From Bugula neritina (Eukaryota; Animalia; Bryozoa), in NCBI GenBank assembly GCA_964035545.1, contig OZ037771.1:11722480-11786479 (forward strand): a stretch of DNA of 64,000 bases, given 5' to 3'. Shown piece after piece: positions 51,917-64,000 of the stretch (positions are counted from its first letter, which is position 1; each line of letters begins with the position of its first letter). The notes beneath the pieces were generated by a model that did no database searches, had not been told where the DNA came from, and saw nothing but the letters and a program-made list of their open reading frames with translations. Both the position numbers and the translations under genes were made by a program.

Positions 51917-53770
51917 TGTAATGGATTTGAGTTGTGCAATTAGTAATTAGTTTATATATATATCGAAAGGGTCGACTCTATGTTGTATATTATTGTGGAG
52001 GTCGACTACATCGACTCCCAGCCGACGTACATCTTATGGTCGACAGTGGCATCACTAATACCAGCTATTCAGGAAAGACTGTTAATTGATAGCAGGTGGA
52101 GCTAGCTACGCATAGTGGAAGCACGCTGAGTAGCTAGCCCGGCAGAGCAGCTTGGGAGTTAGCTTAGAGTAGTTGTGTGCAAAGTTCTCAGTGTTATGTA
52201 ATCGTACAATTCATGTTAATAGTAATTCAATTCTTGTATCTTGTAAATAATAAACTTGTTATAACGCAAATAACCTGGTGTAGTACCTTTGTATAGGTTG
52301 ACCCACATAACATAGTGAATTGAGAAATTCACTACAGTAGTGGCAGCGGTGGGATACCACTTAATACAAATGCTCCTAGCCAGGGAGTAGAAAGAAGATG
52401 GCCAACGAGGACGACGCACCCGGACAGGAACCGGTAGCAGTAGAGGAGGATCGCATAGGCGGCCCAGCGCTGCCTATGGACAGGTACCACTTGCGGGCTC
52501 CCATCTTCTCAAGAGAAGAAGATGTGGAGCAATTCATCACTGAGTTTAGTGATGTGGCGGCCATCTGCAGATGGCCGGATAGGGTTACTCTGATCCAGCT
52601 ACGGTTATGTCTGACAGGGTCGGCTAAACCCTATGGGATAAGCTAGAATGTCAGGGACATATTTGAGGCATTGAGAGCTCGATTTGGATTAACCGCTCGA
52701 GAAGCCCGCGTGCAACTCCAGGGGCTTAGGAGAAATCCTAAGACTGACCTGCGAGAGCATGCTACCGTAGTCGAACGACTTGCCTGCTGATAGTCGACAG
52801 AGCTTAGCACTGGATGCATTCTTCCAGTCAATTAACAACCTCGAGTTGAAACAGCATCTGCTGGTGGCCGAGGTTGAGACCAGGGAGAGAGCTCTAAGGC
52901 TTGGAAATACCTATTTTCAAGCCGACAGTGCGTGCCGACCTGGTACGACAATACAGCAAGTCGGAGCAGACGACGACGTGTCGACGTCGCCAGCGAAGAC
53001 AGCTGTACATGTCGCCACGGCAGCAGCCGACGAGCCGACTAGCTTGACCACAAGCTTGGTTCGAGAGTTACTAGCTGAGATCAGGCAATTACGCCAACAG
53101 TCGACAGCCAAGCGACCTCGAGGGTCGTCGACAGCTGTCGATGACATGCGCCGCCCGGTATGCTGGGGCTGTGGTAGTGGCAGGCACTTCATGCGAAGTT
53201 GCCATCACGGTAGAGGGAGGCAGTTAAACGGCAACGGCCCACAATAACTTCTGCCAACCGTGGGCCCCAGTTTAACCCTCCAAGGCAGAGGCCAAGGCCC
53301 AAACCCCACCGGGTGAGGAGGCCGCCTTCGCCAGAGTGTATATAGCAGCTATTTTTTCCCCGGCAAGCTTGCCGGCAAAATTGTCACATTCCTGTTGAAT
53401 ACTGGGTGTACCACAAACCTACTGAGTCGGCGTCTATTCGACACTCTCAGTGCCAGGGACAGGGCTAGCCTAGAACCATATGAAGAGGAGCACGACACGT
53501 TGGCGGACGGGTCGTGTATTCTTTTCTATGGGGTAATCCAGTTGACTGGTAGAGTCCGTGATCAGACAATCAGCGAGACCTTCATCGTCAGTCAACTCAA
53601 GGAGGACGCCATCTTGGGCATGTCATTTCTGAAGCGACACAGGTGCTACATTGACTTTAACAAGTCGGCGGTGGTGATGGCCGGACGTGAGCTGGCCTGT
53701 GTCGACCGATTTAGCCGACCCTTGGTGGGGGGAGTGCAGGTGGTACAGCGCTGTACTGTTCCTTGGCGCT
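51917..53770 (+). mobile_element. 3'-truncated Ty3/Gypsy LTR retrotransposon (5' LTR, PBS, gag, protease)
   Basis: LTR 51917-52336 (TG...CA). PBS TAGTGGCAGCGGTGGGAT at 52338-52355 is complementary to a tRNA-Leu 3' end. Gag starts at 52398 with a stop, a frameshift and the zinc knuckle CWGCGSGRHFMRSC. The aspartic protease has DTG mutated to NTG and ILGMSFL. No RT is present. Confidence 0.9.
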
Positions 53771-54703
53771 CTCAGTTTTTAAATGCTGAATAATAAATAT
53801 TGTTTACACAGACCAACTCCCAGTCTTCAAGTGTTGAGAGACTAAGCAGATGGGTATCAGAGACTACGTCAGTCAGTTTCATCTAAACTGATAATATAAC
53901 TATATAATATAGTAACTTTCCAGAGAGGATAATATGACAACTGGGATTTCACAGCCGATTGTCTAAAATATTAACTTCTTTACCTCAAGCTGTGTGTCAC
54001 TGCAAATTACACTATCAAATAATTTAAACAATAAACAATATTACGATGCGGCTAGCCATAATACATTGCACAATTGGCACAGGTACAAATAGCGCAGGTA
54101 ATAATAGCACAAATAAAAAAAGTAAGTAAAATAGAACACTGATGTTGCTTTTGGCCACACCTAAACCCCAATTCCTAGCCAACCAATTCCAAATCCCAAA
54201 CCTCAAACAACTACTCCTAACCTCTAAACCTCAAATCCTATATCACCTTCAACCCCCAAACCCCAAACCCCAAACCCTCAAACCCAAACATATACTCTCA
54301 GTTTTAACCCAAAATTTCCCAACAATAAAAATGTACTAGTTTTGCCTACTTTTCCATTTGTGCAATTAATTATTGCACCTGCAAATTTACCTGTAATATT
54401 TTTATTGCATCATTTTAACCTGTGTCAGCTAGTATTTTTTTGTGTCATTTTAACAAAACATCATAAGACTTTTTACATCATATAATAACAAGTTGAATTA
54501 ATAATATAGCTGGTGCCATTATGGAAGGATGTATTATATTATACAGTAAATTTCTAGAAGATATAATAGCTGTCATAATAGACTGCTGACATACATGATA
54601 TTTTAAACACCTGAGCTTTCACAGCTGGTTGTTAAAAATACTATCTTCCTTACTTCAAGCTGTGAGTTATTTATAAGAGCTGCACAATCAAACTAATTGA
54701 ACA

Positions 54704-58596
<3,893 letters not shown>

Positions 58597-59027
58597 ATAT
58601 ATATATATATATATATATACATGTATATATAAGTAAAATCGCATACTTATGTTAAAATTACCTAAACTCAAACCCGATCCCAATAACCCAACTCCTACTC
58701 CAATGCCCTACGCTAAACTTAACACCTCTCCCTGCAAACTCAAGTCCAAGCTTTCAACCCCAAACTCAAACTCCCAATTCCCAATCCCTCCCTAATCTCA
58801 ACTTGACCACATTAACCCAGCCTCAAACCCCAATATAAAAAATGTGTAGCATTTACCTAATTTTTCATTTGATACCACTAATTACTGTTAACTCCGGCCA
58901 TTAGTTATTACCCTCCCCAATTTTGCTGTGAAATTTTCACCAAGCGCACCATTTATTTGGACTTTATATAGGAATTAACAGCTCAATGCATACTCTGTGA
59001 GATGCACTAATTATAAAAATATTTTAT

Positions 59028-59162
59028 GATACTTACTATTTTATATACTTACTATTTTATATACTAACAATTTATATACTTACTACTTTATATACTTACT
59101 ATTTGATATACCTACTATTTTATATACTTACTATTTTATATATTTACTATTTAATATACTTT
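59028..59162. repeat. ~18 bp AT-rich minisatellite (TATACTTACTATTTTA-like), ~7 copies
   Basis: Directly visible degenerate tandem copies. Confidence 0.8.
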
Positions 59163-59354
59163 TTATTTCATATATCTGATATGCGATTTGCACATGTACA
59201 AAGTTTCTGCTTAAAACTTTATTTTCATATACACTTAGTAATCTATAGGTATTTTGCAGTCATTGCCAGCACCCAGAAATGAATACATTTGTAAGGGAGA
59301 TAATTATAATATTAAGCCCTGGCCTCACACTTGTGAAAATCACACGAAATCGTC

Positions 59355-59460
<106 letters not shown>

Positions 59461-59889
59461 ATTATGATATATTACAATATATTATGATATTCTTAGTGAG
59501 GATGCCCTTAACTATCCTGTGTACGTAAGAGTTTTTAGGTGAACTACCAGACATATAGAAATATATGAAATCAAAGCACAAGTTTTTAGATGATCGAGTA
59601 TTTGTTACATTTTTTGCATAAAAATGAGCAACCTATTTATTTTTTTTATAAAAAGTTGCATAGCTTCTCAAATTTCAGAAGCCCAATTAAATAAGCTCAG
59701 GCATGTATTTTCAACATAATTTCAAAGCTGGAAAAAGACTTAAAGTTGCAGAGATATCTTATTCACAGCAGATGAAATGACAATGATTTGTAGCATGATA
59801 GTGTTGGGCTAGTTAAACCACATAGGAAGTGGGGCAAGTTGAACCAGGTACAACTTGCCCCACTAAGTATTTTCACTATTTGAATTATT

Positions 59890-60945
59890 GGTGCAACCAA
59901 AAAGGGTGGCCACTCGGTGTTGAGGTCTGTGACACTCATTTTAGTCATTAGAAGGGGTTTTGATTAAACTAGGTGCCGCGAAAGATTTTTTATGTTATCT
60001 TTAGATTTTTAAACAGCTCCGATTGTCAAGATTATTGTTAAATAAATCTTCAGTGAATAATAAACAGTTCACAATAATTTTAACCAAAAAACATGATTAA
60101 AAAATGATAAAATTGAAATAATTGTAACAAAAACCAAATTCGTCAAGAGTTATATTTCCTTGTAAAAGATTCAGTTTAAGTTTAATCTTATTGTTATTTT
60201 TGTGATAATAGACATGCTGACTTATGAAACATATACGTTAAACTAGTAAAAAGGCTAGGAGCAATATTAAAAAAATTAAAAGTGTTCACAAAGCTTAAAA
60301 AAAACTCAACATCTTTGCGACACCCATTTTAGTAAGAACATCCCCACCCCGAATGACTAAAAAAGGTGTCATGGTGATTTTTGCTTTAATTTTAGCTTTA
60401 ACTGGGCAGTTTTAGATTTTACAAATTATATCATAATACAACTTTTACAAATCAAGAATTCTTGTGACACCCATTTTAGTCATGGGGGGGGGGTGTTTCA
60501 ACTAAAATAGGTGTCGCACAAATGTTTAGCTTTCTTAAACCTTGTGAAAATTTTTATTTTTCCATTATTGCTCCCAGCGTTTTTACTAGTTTTAGGCTTA
60601 TGTTTTATAAGTCAGCATGTTTATGATCACAAAAATAATAATATAATTGAGTGAAAAAGAAATTTTTGACAAGGAAAGATAACTCTTGATGAGTTTGATT
60701 TTCCTTATAATTAATTCAATTTTGTTTTTATTTATTTATGTTTTTTGGTGTAAAGGATTGTGAAATGTTCAATATTTACTGAAGATTATTTTAATAATAA
60801 TTTCAGCAGTCACAACTGTCTAAAACGCTGAAAATGAAATGAAAACTTTTTCGCGACACCCATTTTAGTCAAAACCCCCTCTATAATGACTAAAATGGAT
60901 GTCATGGACCTCGACACAGGGTGGCTACCCACTTTAGTCACACCC
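59890..60945. mobile_element. Foldback-type non-autonomous element with ~480 bp imperfect inverted arms
   Basis: 59890-60372 is an imperfect reverse complement of 60465-60945, which gives the mirror ORFs MTKMSVTDL (-) and MTKMDVMDL (+). The sub-motif GACACCCATTTTAGTCA is reiterated. Confidence 0.75.
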
Positions 60946-63098
60946 GTTAATTATGTCTGGGCACACCAGTTTTTACATTTAATTTTATATTTTTCTCAAT
61001 CAAAGTCTTTCTGCCATCAATATTATATAAATTCAAATGTACATTTAGTCCTAGACCAAGTGAAAACATAGGTAAACAGTGTAATTAAACTGTTTTGCAA
61101 ATGTGACCCATTGCGACAAAATCGGCAACTAATTGGCGGCACTCATGAAGTGTAGTATAAATAAAGGTTTTATTTGGAAAAACTAAAAATTGAAAGGCTT
61201 TGTCTTCGTTTTTCCATTTTTAAATTTCCCTATAGAGAAAAGTTCAAGGATTTCAATAATCACATTCCCACAAGCATTTGTCAACTCCTTCAATCTTAAA
61301 GTTGCTTTTAAAGTTGGTAACTAAGGTTTATAATTTTTCAAACTGGCTGATTGTGGTAAAATTAACGCGGAGTTTTTATTAAAATTAAAAAAATAACATT
61401 AGTATTTTCTATAGCGTAAAATCTTGCAAATAAATCTTTGTTTAACAATGGTAACGTATGCATTTACTTGGTTTGATACATATAGGGTTAAAGTTCAAAG
61501 TGACATCAATGGCGCCTTTGACCTTCACCATGGGGACATCATTATATCTCTTATCTGTGACGCTAGTTTATATAAGTTGGAGAAGGAAAATTTTGCTGCC
61601 TTTGTTATTTTATTAACATTTTTATTTAAGATGTATAATTTTTTAGTTTTGGTTATTGGTATGATTTTAAAACATTTTCTATGCCTATAAAGTTAAAAAA
61701 AATTTTCAAACTCACTCCTGGACAAAAACACAAAGGGATAAAGTTTTAGTTTTGCAGTGATTACAATGTGAATATGAATAAAAATTATGCTTGAAATAAC
61801 CATTCTGAGCAAAATACATTACAATTGCTATAAATGTAAAACTAGTAAATTAAATGCAAATAAGCGTATATAGTAACACTATGTAATTAATGTTATCTGT
61901 TCACAATTGACTTTTAAAACTATTAATGAATAATTGTCGTGCTCACTGTTAATGTGGCCTAATCACTCTTGAAACATGAGATAATGGTAGTAATGAAGAA
62001 ATTGAGAAAGTTTTGTGCTCAAGATTAGAAATTTAGCAAAATATCCTCATTTTAAATATTAGAATCGCCTGATATAATAGGACTTATAAAAATCTACTAT
62101 TACCATTGTTATATTAAAAATTATTAACATGGTTAGCTAACAGTGTCACTGGCCATGGATCTAGGAACAATTAAGCTATAAGTATTATAAAAATAGTAAT
62201 TTGCAAATGGACAGAGGACATTAGCAGTTTGAGTAATATTATTGGGCTTAAGGTCACTTGGGAATAAGTCAGTACCCTACACACAACAGCTTGAACTTCA
62301 TTCTGTGTGCTTCATCAATAAACACCAACTTACATAATATTCAGTGAGTCGCAATAACCCCAAAGAATTGGATTTCCGTTACAACACTATTTAGTTTTAT
62401 TTTAAATTAGACTTTTGTTAAACTCCAATATAAATAATTATTTGGCACATTAAACTAATATGTTCATGGTTTAGTGGTGATGGGTCACATAGATGTGTGA
62501 GTGCATGTGTATGTGTGTGTATGTACCATGTATTTTTTTATTTAAATACTATCAATGGAATTATGTGGCTTCGAATAAAATTTACTGTTATCTAGAAATG
62601 TTGTATGTAACTTGCTTAAACTGTGCTATAAGAATATGAAACCTTAGATTGTATGGCGCTAGAGCACTACTATATATAGACATCATATGTCAAAAGATGC
62701 TGCTCTAAAAACTGTCATCCTAAGGCCATAAATACAATTTCAGAAAACGTCCTGTAATCATAAATCACACCTGGAATTCCAATTCCGATCATGGCTGATG
62801 AATGTGGGACTGCATAGTTTATTTATATTGATGACAATTGAGAATTAATTATTCTGAATATATGGGATATTTTTGACATTTGTCTTCTTATGCTTAACAA
62901 ATAATTGATTTATGTTTGTTAGCAATATATAAAAAACGTCTGTATATTGGACAAGTATCGTAATGCAATGTGTTGCCAAATAACTGCAGTGCACAAACTT
63001 TAAAACTATGTTTTTTCCCCAATGTCTATAATATGCTATTGACTACAAAACAATAAATAAAATAGTTTTAGCTACACTGAAATTACTTAACTCATTTA

Positions 63099-63234
<136 letters not shown>

Positions 63235-64000
63235 ACGATAGTGTGAGAGACTTGCGTGACCAACAGGTTCAACAAACATCATAGTGGATCGAAGAACTTG
63301 CGCATTAGCAGCAGCAGCCGAAAGCAACAATGAAACACACAATCTTGTAATCAGTATTAGACGAGCTATATTTATGCGTGCATTAAATTATGTCAGTGTA
63401 TAATTAGACTCAAAAGTGTCATGGTACAAAATCAACTGATGGTAGCTTGGCTGTCAAATGCATATCTATCAACAAGTTATATAAAATGATCATGGTCAAA
63501 TATACAGCACAAGACAAGAGTAAAGATTTAGACACAATAAAATTTTAATTCTAGGGAAGCAGTTCTTTGAAAATTGGAGAAAAAAGAGGTTCTGGTATAT
63601 TATATTTTTTCGCCTATTTTGTTTACTAAATATTTTCTGCGGAATCGTTATACTGGCCATTTTTAGCTCATATGCAGTGACTTGAACTTTTACAGTCGTA
63701 CTAAGCAGCGGGGTTTGATAATTTGTCATTAGTCCCACAATATTGGAAATAGTTATAATTTTGCAGTGTTTGGTTCTTGTTGTTGTTATTCTCTTCAGAA
63801 TCATTTACAGCGCATACAAATAATTGTGTGCCAATGTACTATGTATAGAGCAGCTTGCGGCTGCGCATATTATGCTTGAAACCATTTTATCACTCTATCT
63901 GAAAGATTTACAGAAATAACTTTGTGTTATAATTTCACATTCTATTCTCCTTGTCAAAAATACAAAATCCTGAAGTTGGCATCACACTCCTGGTAATCAG

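Noticed and set aside
48443-52336. One LTR element capturing macro-domain exons
   Set aside because: The first LTR has its own TSD on both sides and no PBS; the second is a 5' LTR followed by PBS and gag.

Overview
This is AT-rich, intron-containing animal genomic DNA; a marine invertebrate is likely but that is inference. About 3.9-25.3 kb is a diverged tandem triplication of a ~6.5-7.7 kb unit. Each unit carries a + strand CCAAT/TATA/Inr promoter, a short non-coding first exon with a splice donor, a dense array of ~70-nt pre-miRNA-like hairpins, and a copy of the last exon of the neighbouring minus-strand MOGAT/DGAT2-family gene. The hairpins form two related families and number roughly 55-65 by manual count. 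They show G:U strand bias and compensatory stem changes. This candidate promoter-amplified polycistronic small-RNA (miRNA-like) locus is the main discovery candidate. The rest of the window holds a complete 5-exon MOGAT-like gene (25011-27386, -), a multi-ShKT gene with in-frame stops (+), and a 7-exon gene for a CxC3-like domain of KDZ/Zisupton-type transposases without a catalytic domain (-). It also holds a decayed E/K-rich coding region, exons of a PARP9/14-type macro domain (-), a truncated Gypsy LTR element plus a solo LTR, and a Penelope-like remnant. A near full-length RTE LINE sits in (TA)n near two hammerhead ribozyme motifs, and there are several MITE/foldback elements, palindromes and microsatellites. 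All coordinates were read by hand and may be off by a few bases.
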